Shown here in pieces: positions 54,569-63,553 of a stretch of DNA of 64,000 bases. This DNA comes from Patescibacteria group bacterium (lineage in GTDB: Bacteria > Patescibacteriota > Gracilibacteria > UM-FILTER-43-11), in NCBI GenBank assembly GCA_018813295.1, contig JAHJBZ010000066.1, positions 11,231-75,230 of the forward strand, written 5' to 3'. The position numbers and the translations under genes were made by a program. Each line of letters opens with the position of its first letter. Positions within the stretch are counted from its first letter, which is position 1. The notes beneath the pieces were generated by a model. That model saw only the letters and a program-made list of their open reading frames with translations. It was not told the DNA's origin and searched no databases.

Positions 54569-55039
54569 ATGCGTAATATAAGAAAAACAAAAAAGGGTTT
54601 CATCGCAATTATCAGCCTGCTAATAATCACAACCATAAGCATGATATTTGCTATGTCGATGTTAAAAGACGGCGTGGATAATGCGTCGCTTTCATTAAGC
54701 AGTATTTATTATGAAAATGCGCGCATTAATGCAACTACATGCCTGGAAGATACCCTGTATAGAATAAAACAGGAGGAGATATTCAATGAAGATTTAGATT
54801 ATACGATCACAGATGAAGATTCATGCACAACTACAATTACCTGGTATGACCCACAACAAACCGCTCCGGGAATTGTGGAAAGATTGGCTGATTTAGAAGT
54901 CATTGGAGTAAGCAATAATTTTACACGTACATTTAGTTACGGATTAAAAGTATCCAGATTTGATGTAAATTATTCTGACGGATCATTGGATTATATGAAC
55001 AATATTGACATTATTTCTATCGAGGAATTAACCTCATAA
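54569..55039 (+). CDS. Minor pilin, PilX-like (no Glu+5)
   Basis: KKG|FIAIISLLIITTISMIFAM N-terminus, 156 aa. Confidence 0.6.
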   Translation: MRNIRKTKKGFIAIISLLIITTISMIFAMSMLKDGVDNASLSLSSIYYENARINATTCLEDTLYRIKQEEIFNEDLDYTITDEDSCTTTITWYDPQQTAPGIVERLADLEVIGVSNNFTRTFSYGLKVSRFDVNYSDGSLDYMNNIDIISIEELTS

Positions 55040-55045
55040 ACCTTA

Positions 55046-56752
55046 ATGGATAACACCCTGAAAAACACATTCGGGTTAGCAATAAGTAATGAGATGCTCA
55101 CTGCTGTAGAGCTGGCTTACAATAAGTCAGGACTTAAGGTAATTAATTTTTCTAAAGTTGATTTGGAACCAGGCGTAGTAGAAAATAATTGTATTATTAT
55201 CAATCCTCTGGCACTCAAAGAAGCCCTATCCAAACTTCTGCAGGAAGCAAAAATGGGGCCAATTAAATCAGAAAATGTAATAATTTCAATCCCTGAAGAA
55301 AAAACATTTAATCATCACATAGATATTCCAAAAGAGCAGGTAAAAAATAAAGAATTTATAAAAAATGTGGCCAGGGACTTTATCCCAATTGCGCTTGACG
55401 ATGCAATAATCGACTACAAACAAATTCGAAGCAATCCTGGACAAAATTACATAACTTTTAACTTTGTAGCCGTTCAAAAAAACATTATAGATTCACTTAC
55501 GAAAGTATTAAGTGAAGCAAATTTAAACGTAGTAGCTGTAGATATTGATAAAAACAGCATAATTCGTTCTTGTAACAATTCTTTGCAAAAAAATGAAGGC
55601 GATTTCATGGTGGTGAACATAGGTATGAATAAATCGACAATAAATATTACAACGTCTTCGGGTTTTTATTATAATATCGATGCAAAAATAGAAGGGAAAA
55701 AATTAGATGAAAAAATTAAAGAATTATTAAAGATTCCGAGTATTGCAGATGTAAGAACATTGCTCATGCAATTCAGCCAGGATGAAAATGTAATAAAAGC
55801 CGATCAGAAAAAAATCCTAGAGCAAGGTTTGCAAAGTTATTTTGCAACTTTCATTAAAAAAATAAACGAATTAATCCAGGCAATTGGGAACAGGGGAGGA
55901 CTGGAGCTTAATACAATTTACTTAATAGGCTGTCATTCATGTGTACCCGGGATTGAAGAAACATTTAAAGAAGCTTTCCCAAAAACAGAAATAAAACATA
56001 AATTAAATTATATCCAGCTTGATGAAACAACGGAATTAATTTACCCATATGCTATTGGTTTGGCCCTTAGGGCTGTTTTGCCGGAAGTTAATGAAAATGA
56101 TATCAACCTGCTTCCGCAAAATAAAAAAGAGGAATTGGAAGAGAGAAAAGTAACACCTGTTATTAGAAGATATTTGTTAGGAACTTGTATTATGCTAGGT
56201 GGCTTACTTATATTGTCAGGCATATTCACCAGCAAAACATATTTGGGCTATAGAGTAAGTTCACAGGAGTTAAGCCTATTGGAAGAAAAAGCAATGAACC
56301 CCTACCTAAGAGAAGCGGCACAGGAAATACAACAGGAAACACAATTGGCAAATCAAATTCTCAGCATAGTGGAGGGCGCTGTGCCCGGCAGTAAAACTAT
56401 GAAAATATTTGATAACTACAATACAAACGGCATTACTTTGGTAAATGTAAACTACAGCATAAATACAAACAAAGAAATTGAAATACGCTTAAGGGCAAAA
56501 GCATCTTCTAGGTCTGCAATTGAAGAATTCATTTTAGAATTAGAAAGCAGCCCATATTTTACTGAAGTCATATCCCCTCTTTCCAATCTGGTTGGCAAAG
56601 GAGAACGTTTTATTAATATAGATCTAAAATTAAATGCAAACGAAATAATAAATGAACACGAGAAAGAAAAAGAGGAAGCCGAAACAAAAGTAATGCAAGA
56701 TTCTGAAAATAAACCTAAACAACCTTCTATTCAGCAACCAGCTGAGGAATAA
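55046..56752 (+). CDS. pilM: PilM (actin-like ATPase) fused to a PilN-like transmembrane/periplasmic region
   Basis: 568 aa. N-terminal PilM-like fold (FGLAISNEMLTAVELAY..). TM helix RRYLLGTCIMLGGLLILSGIF at about residue 372. Coiled-coil and alpha/beta C-terminus. Confidence 0.8.
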   Translation: MDNTLKNTFGLAISNEMLTAVELAYNKSGLKVINFSKVDLEPGVVENNCIIINPLALKEALSKLLQEAKMGPIKSENVIISIPEEKTFNHHIDIPKEQVKNKEFIKNVARDFIPIALDDAIIDYKQIRSNPGQNYITFNFVAVQKNIIDSLTKVLSEANLNVVAVDIDKNSIIRSCNNSLQKNEGDFMVVNIGMNKSTINITTSSGFYYNIDAKIEGKKLDEKIKELLKIPSIADVRTLLMQFSQDENVIKADQKKILEQGLQSYFATFIKKINELIQAIGNRGGLELNTIYLIGCHSCVPGIEETFKEAFPKTEIKHKLNYIQLDETTELIYPYAIGLALRAVLPEVNENDINLLPQNKKEELEERKVTPVIRRYLLGTCIMLGGLLILSGIFTSKTYLGYRVSSQELSLLEEKAMNPYLREAAQEIQQETQLANQILSIVEGAVPGSKTMKIFDNYNTNGITLVNVNYSINTNKEIEIRLRAKASSRSAIEEFILELESSPYFTEVISPLSNLVGKGERFINIDLKLNANEIINEHEKEKEEAETKVMQDSENKPKQPSIQQPAEE

Positions 56753-56762
56753 TTAATTATCC

Positions 56763-57332
56763 ATGGCAAATCATATTCTTAGCAAAAAAACAGGAAAGTT
56801 AATATTAAAAAAGAGAGTTTTAAGAATTCTAACATTGCTAAATGTTGTATTTCTTATAGTTTCCATAGTTTTCTTGTCTCTTTTTCTTTCTTATTATAAA
56901 AAAGTTAAAGAAAATGAAACTAAAATTGTGCAAACACAACAAACATTAGCCGACCTGCAATATTTAGTTGAAATAGATTTTAACGGACAAATTGATAGTG
57001 ACATATTGGATGAAAAATCATTTGCGCAATACGATGAAGTGATTCCTTTTATAACCTTATTGGAAAGTCTATTTTCCGTTATAGACCCGCAAGCCGACAT
57101 AACAATTAAAAGCCAGGAAAAACAAATATTCATTGATCACTACGCAGACTATAGAATAGTTCTTGATATGAATGAAAAAAAAGATTTGTTTCTTAAAGCT
57201 TTGGATGAACTTTATAATTCAAGTTTTATAACAAAAATAACAAGTTTTACAATGAATTATAGGCAGGATGATGACGGACTTACTCACAAATTAAACGAAG
57301 TTGACTTTGTAATCAGATTATATTTAAGCTAA
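56763..57332 (+). CDS. PilO-like pilus alignment protein
   Basis: 189 aa with a single N-terminal TM helix, coiled coil and C-terminal alpha/beta domain. Assigned from its position after pilMN. Confidence 0.55.
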   Translation: MANHILSKKTGKLILKKRVLRILTLLNVVFLIVSIVFLSLFLSYYKKVKENETKIVQTQQTLADLQYLVEIDFNGQIDSDILDEKSFAQYDEVIPFITLLESLFSVIDPQADITIKSQEKQIFIDHYADYRIVLDMNEKKDLFLKALDELYNSSFITKITSFTMNYRQDDDGLTHKLNEVDFVIRLYLS

Positions 57333-57422
57333 TAAGCCAAAAAAAACCTAAAAAAGTATTGCATATATATGATATCTGCATATATACTTATTAATGTTAA
57401 ATTATTTTTTAATTCATTTGTT

Positions 57423-57983
57423 ATGGGGCTCAAAAATAAAAAAGGGTTTACTCTTATAGAACTCTTAATTGTCATCGGTATCATCGCAATCCTTGCTGGT
57501 ATCGTTCTTGTTGCTGTAAATCCAGCACAACAATTTGGTAAAGCTAACGATTCTGAACGTAAATCAGAAATCGGTACTCTTCTGAGTGCAGTTTACCAAT
57601 ATCAAACCTCTCCAACAGCACGTGGCGCATTACCAGAGTGTTCACTTGGTGCTGTACCTGCTGATACAGCAATTCCTGAATGTGATGATCCAACCGGACC
57701 AGGAGGCATATTTGACGGAGCCTTAGAGCTCGGAACACCTGCTGATGCAGACACTTATGACTGTTCAACTGCTTTAATTCCTTCATATCTTCGTGAGATA
57801 CCTATCGACCCAACCAGTGCTACATACGACGCAACTGCAACCGGTTATTACATTTGTCAGGATACAAGCGGAGCAGTATCCCGTGTTTACGTACTTGCCG
57901 TTGGCGCAGAAGTATATACAGATGATGGTGGCTGTGAACATCCAGATGGATCAGGAGATCCTGTAATGTGTGTTTCCGGCTGA
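57423..57983 (+). CDS. Type IV major pilin, paralog 1
   Basis: MGLKNKKG|FTLIELLIVIGIIAILAGIVLVAV class III signal, start at internal ATG 57423. C-terminal Cys pair. TGA stop. Confidence 0.9.
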   Translation: MGLKNKKGFTLIELLIVIGIIAILAGIVLVAVNPAQQFGKANDSERKSEIGTLLSAVYQYQTSPTARGALPECSLGAVPADTAIPECDDPTGPGGIFDGALELGTPADADTYDCSTALIPSYLREIPIDPTSATYDATATGYYICQDTSGAVSRVYVLAVGAEVYTDDGGCEHPDGSGDPVMCVSG

Positions 57984-58006
57984 TGCAAATTGAATTAACT
58001 ACTAAA

Positions 58007-58038
58007 GCCCCATCCCGCTAAGCGGGGTGGGGCTTTTT
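58007..58038 (+). terminator. Rho-independent terminator after pilin 1
   Basis: gccccatcccgc-taa-gcggggtggggc followed by ttttt. The one wobble is U.G on the + strand. Confidence 0.8.
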
Positions 58039-58104
58039 GCTATATAAATTTTGATTTATTTCACTTAAATGATAGACTTTACAAGAACTACAATCAAAAA
58101 ATTC

Positions 58105-58671
58105 ATGCTGAACAAAACCAAAAAAGCCTTTACCCTTATAGAACTTTTAATTGTTGTCGGTATTATTATGATACTTGCAGGTATCGTTCTTTTTACTGTT
58201 AATCCTGCGGTACAGTTTGGTAAAGCTAACGATTCTGAACGCAAAACTGAGATAAGCGCTATTGCAAATGCTATTAATCAATATTCCGCCTCCCCTCACG
58301 CAAGAGGCGCCTTGCCAGAATGCTTACTCGGAGCAACGCCTACTGCAACTGCTATCCCAGAATGTGATACTGACGGTCTTGGTATAGGCGTAGGTAATGG
58401 TGGTTTCGAAGGTGCTGTTGAACTAGGCACTCCAGGTGATGCAGACACTTACGACTGCTCAAGCACCTTAATACCATCTTTTTTACGCGAAATACCTATT
58501 GATCCAGATAGCGCATATGACGAAACAGCAACCGGTTACTACATTTGCCAAGACACAACTGGCCTTACATCCAAAATTTATGTAATTGCAGTTGAGGCAG
58601 AAGTGTTTACAGATGATGGTGGATGCGAAGTACCAGGCAGCACCACACCAACGATGTGCGTTTCTGGGTAA
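58105..58671 (+). CDS. Type IV major pilin, paralog 2
   Basis: MLNKTKKA|FTLIELLIVVGIIMILAGIVLFTV. High identity to paralog 1 over the whole length by eye. Ala at position -1. Confidence 0.9.
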   Translation: MLNKTKKAFTLIELLIVVGIIMILAGIVLFTVNPAVQFGKANDSERKTEISAIANAINQYSASPHARGALPECLLGATPTATAIPECDTDGLGIGVGNGGFEGAVELGTPGDADTYDCSSTLIPSFLREIPIDPDSAYDETATGYYICQDTTGLTSKIYVIAVEAEVFTDDGGCEVPGSTTPTMCVSG

Positions 58672-58673
58672 AA

Positions 58674-58830
58674 TTGTCTGAACTGTGATTCTCTTGATTA
58701 AATGATTTCTATGATTATTTAAACGGTTTTTCTGTAGAGACGTCCCGCTTAGCGGGACGTCTCTACGATATTTGTTTATATAAAAAATCATGACCATCAG
58801 TACAATCATCAATAATCACAGTTCAGGCAA
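58674..58830. mobile_element. MITE-like element, copy B (157 bp)
   Basis: Termini are ttgtctgaactgtgatt (58674-58690) and aatcacagttcaggcaa (58814-58830), with one mismatch. The central hairpin gtagagacgtcccgcttagcgggacgtctctac is at 58734-58766. It fills the gap between the convergent pilin 2 and recG ends, abutting the recG stop. Confidence 0.8.
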
Positions 58831-60903
58831 TTAAGATTCTTCCATCTTCTTCCTCAATTTTTGCAGCATATTAGCCAAAACCGGATACTTTTTTAAATCC
58901 GGTGACTTTTCAACAATAACTTCAGCCGCCTTTCTCACCCTATCAAGCAAAATCCCATCTAGTAAATTGGCTATTTTTAAGTCTGGTAAACCAGATTGGC
59001 GCACACCGTACACTTCACCAGGACCGCGGAGCTTAAGATCAATTTCCGCTAACTTAAAACCATCGGTGTGATCAACCATTGCCTTTAAGCGCGTAAAAGT
59101 AAGATCTGAACTGGAGTCTGTATATAAAAAACAATAGGATTGAACCGATCCACGCCCTACCCTGCCCCTGAATTGATGAAGCTGAGAAAGGCCAAAGCGA
59201 TCTGCGCCTTCAATTAGCATCATTGTTGCATTCGGCACATCAATTCCCACTTCAATTACAGATGTGGAGACAAGAATTTGCACTTCACCATCTTTAAACT
59301 TCTGCATCACAGCCTCTTTTTCAGCTGATTTTAACTTTCCATGCAGTAAACCGATTTTAAATTTAGGAAATACATCATGCAACTGCTCATACTCCTTTTT
59401 AACAGACTTTACCTCAAGTACATCAGAATCATCAATTAAAGGACAAATTACATAAACCTGCTCCCCCTTCTCAACTTTCCCCTCTATAAAACGATAAACA
59501 GTTTCACGATGTTCCGGTGGCACAATTTTAGTGGTAATCGGCAAACGACCAGGTGGCATTTCGTTTATGACGGAAAGATCCTGATCGCCATAAGCTACAA
59601 GCGCAAGAGTTCGTGGAATCGGCGTAGCAGTCATATTTAAAACATGAGGACTGCCTTGCTGAACAAGAACTTCGCGCTGTTTAACCCCAAAACGATGCTG
59701 CTCATCGATAACAATTAATCCAAGATTAGGAAATTCAACACCTTCTTGTATCAAAGCATGCGTACCAATAGCAATATCAACCTGACCAGACTTAATTCCA
59801 TCCAAAACCGTTCTTTTTTCTTTAGCTTTTAGTGATCCAACGAGCAATTGTATGTTAATCGGATTTTTTGATGGAAATTTTTTCTCAAAAACTTCCATAA
59901 ACTTACTAATAGACACTAAATGTTGACGCGCTAAAACCTCTGTAGGAGCCATAATTGCTGTTTGGTACCCATTTTTCACCATTTGAAGTAACGCCATAAC
60001 CGCTACAACTGTTTTTCCGGACCCCACATCCCCTTCCAAGAGTCGCATCATAGGAAAAGGGCACTCCAAATCCTTTAAAATCTCATAAATTGTAACTTTT
60101 TGAGCACCTGTTGGCGTAAAAGGAAGCGTAGAGAAAAAATCTTTCACAAATTCAGGGTCAAGTGGCACCCCGCCAACCGGACTTTCGGATGAACGACTCT
60201 CTTTCCATTCCTCTTTTGCCTTTACGGCATTAAGTTGCAATAAAAATAACTCCTCATAACCTAATCTATCCTGCGCAGCTTTAAGTTTTTTGGTGTTTGA
60301 GGGAAAATGTACCTCGCGAATAGCCTCGGATTTAGGCATTAAACCTTCCTCTTTAATAATTTCCTCCAGCAAAACCTCTTCAAACTCCTTTGTAAGAAAA
60401 AGCAGAGGATAAATTTTTTCACGTAACCATTTTGAAGTAATTACTTCATGTTGAGGGTAAATTGGAACGGTTGCGCCAGCATGAATCTGCACTTCTTTAA
60501 TCGTTTCTACAGTCGGACTTTGGAGTATTAACTTTCCATATTGATATTGAACCTTACCTGCGACAATTACCTCTTTATCCATAGGTAACATGCGGATCAG
60601 GTGTGGCTGATTAAACCAAACAACCTCACATTCAGAGCCGTGATCATCGTAAAACATCGCCCTAACAAGCTTCATTCGACGATTCTTTGTCGAAACAAGT
60701 TTGATTCCATGTAAAAACCCCTTAGTTGTAATGATTTCACCATCTTTCGCCTCCCAAATCTTCTTAAATTGAGACAAATCCTCATATCCACGCGGAAAAT
60801 AAAGCAATAAATCGCTCACAGTATATAAGCCCATTTCCTTTAGAGCTAAAATATACTCCTTTTTAGTACTTAACGCCTCTGAAAGTGGGGTATTTAGATT
60901 CAT
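58831..60903 (-). CDS. recG: ATP-dependent DNA helicase RecG
   Basis: 690 aa. Wedge/OB N-terminus and helicase motifs GDVGSGKT, DEQHRFG, TATPIPRT and QLHQFRGRVGRG. Confidence 0.95.
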   Translation of the reverse strand: MNLNTPLSEALSTKKEYILALKEMGLYTVSDLLLYFPRGYEDLSQFKKIWEAKDGEIITTKGFLHGIKLVSTKNRRMKLVRAMFYDDHGSECEVVWFNQPHLIRMLPMDKEVIVAGKVQYQYGKLILQSPTVETIKEVQIHAGATVPIYPQHEVITSKWLREKIYPLLFLTKEFEEVLLEEIIKEEGLMPKSEAIREVHFPSNTKKLKAAQDRLGYEELFLLQLNAVKAKEEWKESRSSESPVGGVPLDPEFVKDFFSTLPFTPTGAQKVTIYEILKDLECPFPMMRLLEGDVGSGKTVVAVMALLQMVKNGYQTAIMAPTEVLARQHLVSISKFMEVFEKKFPSKNPINIQLLVGSLKAKEKRTVLDGIKSGQVDIAIGTHALIQEGVEFPNLGLIVIDEQHRFGVKQREVLVQQGSPHVLNMTATPIPRTLALVAYGDQDLSVINEMPPGRLPITTKIVPPEHRETVYRFIEGKVEKGEQVYVICPLIDDSDVLEVKSVKKEYEQLHDVFPKFKIGLLHGKLKSAEKEAVMQKFKDGEVQILVSTSVIEVGIDVPNATMMLIEGADRFGLSQLHQFRGRVGRGSVQSYCFLYTDSSSDLTFTRLKAMVDHTDGFKLAEIDLKLRGPGEVYGVRQSGLPDLKIANLLDGILLDRVRKAAEVIVEKSPDLKKYPVLANMLQKLRKKMEES

Positions 60904-61416
60904 ATTGTCTGAACCACTGATTACGCAGATTAAAAGATTACGCTGATTGTATTTTTATACTATTAGCCACTCTTTTAAACTGCAAACTCCTTGATCCAAA
61001 ATTAATAAGTAATCCTGTTTCTAAATTATAGGCTTCAAGATAATTTATCGCCTGGGCCAAATGAACATCTTCTATCTCTGTAATTGCTTTTAGCTCCACC
61101 ATAATACAGCCTTCTATCAGAAAATCCACACGTCTCGTTCCTACGGTATAGCCACGATAACAAATACTCATTTCATGCTCACGTGAATAGCTCAGACCAT
61201 ACTCAGTAAATTCTAATGCTAACGCCCTTTGATAAACTACCTCCTGAAACCCATTCCCAAGATCAGAGTGCACTTTCATAGCAGCACCTATTATTTTCTT
61301 TGTTATATCTGAATATTTATATCGTTGTTTATTCATAATATCCATTTATTAACTATTTAATTAGTAATTTAATCTGAGAAATCAAAAAAATCAGTGTAAT
61401 CAGTGGTTCAGACAAT
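60904..61416. mobile_element. TIR-bounded 513-bp element carrying a GxxExxY gene
   Basis: Perfect 21-bp terminal inverted repeat attgtctgaaccactgattac (60904-60924) / gtaatcagtggttcagacaat (61396-61416). The terminus has the same TTGTCTGAAC...GATT type as the short elements. The left end touches the recG start codon. Confidence 0.75.
60938..61345 (-). CDS. GxxExxY family protein (PD-(D/E)XK nuclease fold)
   Basis: 135 aa. Signature GNGFQEVVYQRAL (GxxExxY) and RVDFLIEGCIMVELK (D...E.K-type nuclease core). Confidence 0.85.
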   Translation of the reverse strand: MDIMNKQRYKYSDITKKIIGAAMKVHSDLGNGFQEVVYQRALALEFTEYGLSYSREHEMSICYRGYTVGTRRVDFLIEGCIMVELKAITEIEDVHLAQAINYLEAYNLETGLLINFGSRSLQFKRVANSIKIQSA

Positions 61417-61529
61417 TAAATAATAGTAAACAAATGTTCACCCGTCAACAGAAAAAGACTACTTCCTATTCATTGACATTTAACCATATATAATGTATAA
61501 TAAATAGATAAACATTAAAAAATAAAACC

Positions 61530-62579
61530 ATGAAAACATCATTTTTTAAAGAAAGATATTTTATTTATCTTGCAGAAGCTGAGCCTCCAGCTGCCGAGGA
61601 AGGAGAACATGCCGAGGAAGGAGAAGGAGATGAAGAGGTAGCAGCTGAAGAAGAAATGTCTGACACTCTTAAAAAAGGATTAAGAGCGATCGACAGTACA
61701 ATTCCCCCACGACCATCAATACGCCCTGCAATAGAACAACCTGAATATTCAGCAGAACAAGCAATTTCAGAGGAGCTAGATACAGCTAAAGCAGAAGAAT
61801 TAGATAGGGAAAAGGCACGTAGACCAATGTTAAAAACTGAGCAAGAAAGAGCAAACGAAGAAATGGAAAGGATTAGAGATCGGCAAACAACACCCGGCAG
61901 AAAATTTGCCGTTGAAATGGCATACCATCCACAATTTAGAGATACAATTAGGAATCTAATTGTAGAACATTGGAACAAAATGAGCCCAGAGGAAAAAGCA
62001 GGACAAAACATGTGGGATTATATCCATGAAAATATGAGCCGGGTCGCAGATTACAATGCTGAATTTGGAGGCAGACTAGATGCAGTCGCAATGGGAAAGA
62101 AAAAAGAAAGCATACCGACACTTGAAGGCGAGGAAGAAGGAACAGCAATTGCCGAAGGAACAAGGCCTGCAGAAACAGAACCTAAAGCTGTAACTGCTGC
62201 TACAGAAACAGAGCCACAAACTGAACTGGCAGCTGCAGCAGAAGCGTACGGAGTTAATCTAGAAGTAGAGCCAGAAGTAGCAATTAAACAAGCTGAAGAA
62301 ACGCTGGAAAGCATTAGAGAAAATATAGAAGACAGCCTCTATAACAAATTAGCAGAATTATACCCGGAAAAAACATTCGATATTAATATATCTGCAAGTA
62401 CAGAATACCCAGGAAGAATTGCTGTCAGCTTCTCAAATAACGAAATTGGAACTTATACAGGAAATTGGGGGAGGAGCCTTAACGGAATCAATCAGCACAT
62501 ATCAAATCTAACCACAGCCAAAATCGCAAGCAAAATAAAAAGAGAAGGAGAAGATGCTACCGTTGAAGACACAGGGTAA
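61530..62579 (+). CDS. Acidic low-complexity hypothetical protein
   Basis: 349 aa, E/A-rich N-terminal and central tracts, no recognisable domain. Confidence 0.55.
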   Translation: MKTSFFKERYFIYLAEAEPPAAEEGEHAEEGEGDEEVAAEEEMSDTLKKGLRAIDSTIPPRPSIRPAIEQPEYSAEQAISEELDTAKAEELDREKARRPMLKTEQERANEEMERIRDRQTTPGRKFAVEMAYHPQFRDTIRNLIVEHWNKMSPEEKAGQNMWDYIHENMSRVADYNAEFGGRLDAVAMGKKKESIPTLEGEEEGTAIAEGTRPAETEPKAVTAATETEPQTELAAAAEAYGVNLEVEPEVAIKQAEETLESIRENIEDSLYNKLAELYPEKTFDINISASTEYPGRIAVSFSNNEIGTYTGNWGRSLNGINQHISNLTTAKIASKIKREGEDATVEDTG

Positions 62580-62674
62580 ACAGAAGATGCCGCTGCAACA
62601 GGTGATGAAGTGGAATCAGCTGATTTCTTAATAGCAGATGCTGAAAGATAAAAAAGCAAACACAAAAGCAAAAA

Positions 62675-62700
62675 AGAGGCTGCCACCGGCAGCTCTTTTT
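62675..62700 (+). terminator. Rho-independent terminator
   Basis: agaggctgcc-acc-ggcagctct stem with one bulge, followed by tttttt. Confidence 0.7.
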
Positions 62701-62849
62701 TTGTCTGAACTATGATTTTTTATGATTAAATGATGAGCATGATCGTTATAAACCAAAAATTACAGCAAAACGAAAATACCGTGATACAAATCATAAAAAT
62801 CATTTAATCACATAAATCATAGTTCAGACCACTATCACAGTTCAGACAA
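62701..62849. mobile_element. MITE-like element, copy D (149 bp) with duplicated right terminus
   Basis: The left terminus is ttgtctgaactatgatt (62701-62717). There are two right termini, aatcatagttcagac (62815-62829) and atcacagttcagacaa (62834-62849). It abuts the stop codon of the V-ATPase D gene. Confidence 0.75.
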
Positions 62850-63476
62850 TTAAGCAGCCGCCTGAATCTTCGCCTTAACAACCATGGTATTAATAATCGC
62901 ACCGCGTTCCATTTCTCCAAGCTTCATTTGAATAAACTTAATCGTATCCTTTAAATCAGGAATCATGCGGTATTCAAGTGCATTTACACGGCGACGGGTC
63001 TTTTCAAGTTCCTCCGCTAAAGCCTCAGCGGATTTTTCAATTTCAGCCAACTTGATAAGCAGGGGGAAAGTGTCCTGAAAAGATTGCAATGCGATATCTA
63101 ATTCACCGCTGGTTTGCAAAAAACCATAACTTACAACTTCTCCTTCGGTTTCCAGTTTAAAATGAGGAATGCGAACTGACATTACATTTTTGGTTTCAAC
63201 TTTTAGTTCAGTTTTAGCAGTGGAATAAAGAAGTGCACCTTCCAGCATTTCCTCTTCCATCAAAGAATTAGCACGAATGAAGTTTTTAAATGCAGCACCG
63301 AGTTTTTGCTCTACTTCTTCACGAACAGCTTTAGCTTCGCGTATCACTTCCATAAATTTCTGCATCAAACCATCCTGCTTATCTTTAAGCAGTTTATGTC
63401 CACGCTTTGCACTCTTAATCTTCTTCTTAAGAGTTAGCAGAGCCATCCTGGTTGCATTAACATTCAATATCGCCAT
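62850..63476 (-). CDS. ntpD: V-type ATP synthase subunit D
   Basis: 208 aa. N-terminus NATRMALLTLKKKIKSAKRGHKLLKDKQD and C-terminus RRVNALEYRMIPDL are typical of V/A-type subunit D. Confidence 0.9.
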   Translation of the reverse strand: MAILNVNATRMALLTLKKKIKSAKRGHKLLKDKQDGLMQKFMEVIREAKAVREEVEQKLGAAFKNFIRANSLMEEEMLEGALLYSTAKTELKVETKNVMSVRIPHFKLETEGEVVSYGFLQTSGELDIALQSFQDTFPLLIKLAEIEKSAEALAEELEKTRRRVNALEYRMIPDLKDTIKFIQMKLGEMERGAIINTMVVKAKIQAAA

Positions 63477-63553
63477 ATTAATTGATTACAATTGACATTT
63501 GACCATTGACCTTTGACTTCTTTAGTCAATTGTCAAATGTTAAAGGTCAAATG
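63477..63553. repeat. Heptamer mirror-repeat spacer between V-ATPase B and D
   Basis: ttgacat ttgacca ttgacct ttgactt ... gtcaatt gtcaaat .. ggtcaaat. The left and right halves are imperfect reverse complements. Confidence 0.85.

Noticed and set aside
15043-63553. Tandem repeat arrays (7-14 bp units at many spacers) considered as possible CRISPR arrays
   Set aside because: The units are far too short and directly abut one another, with no unique spacers. No cas genes are in the window. They are treated instead as short-period tandem or mirror repeats.
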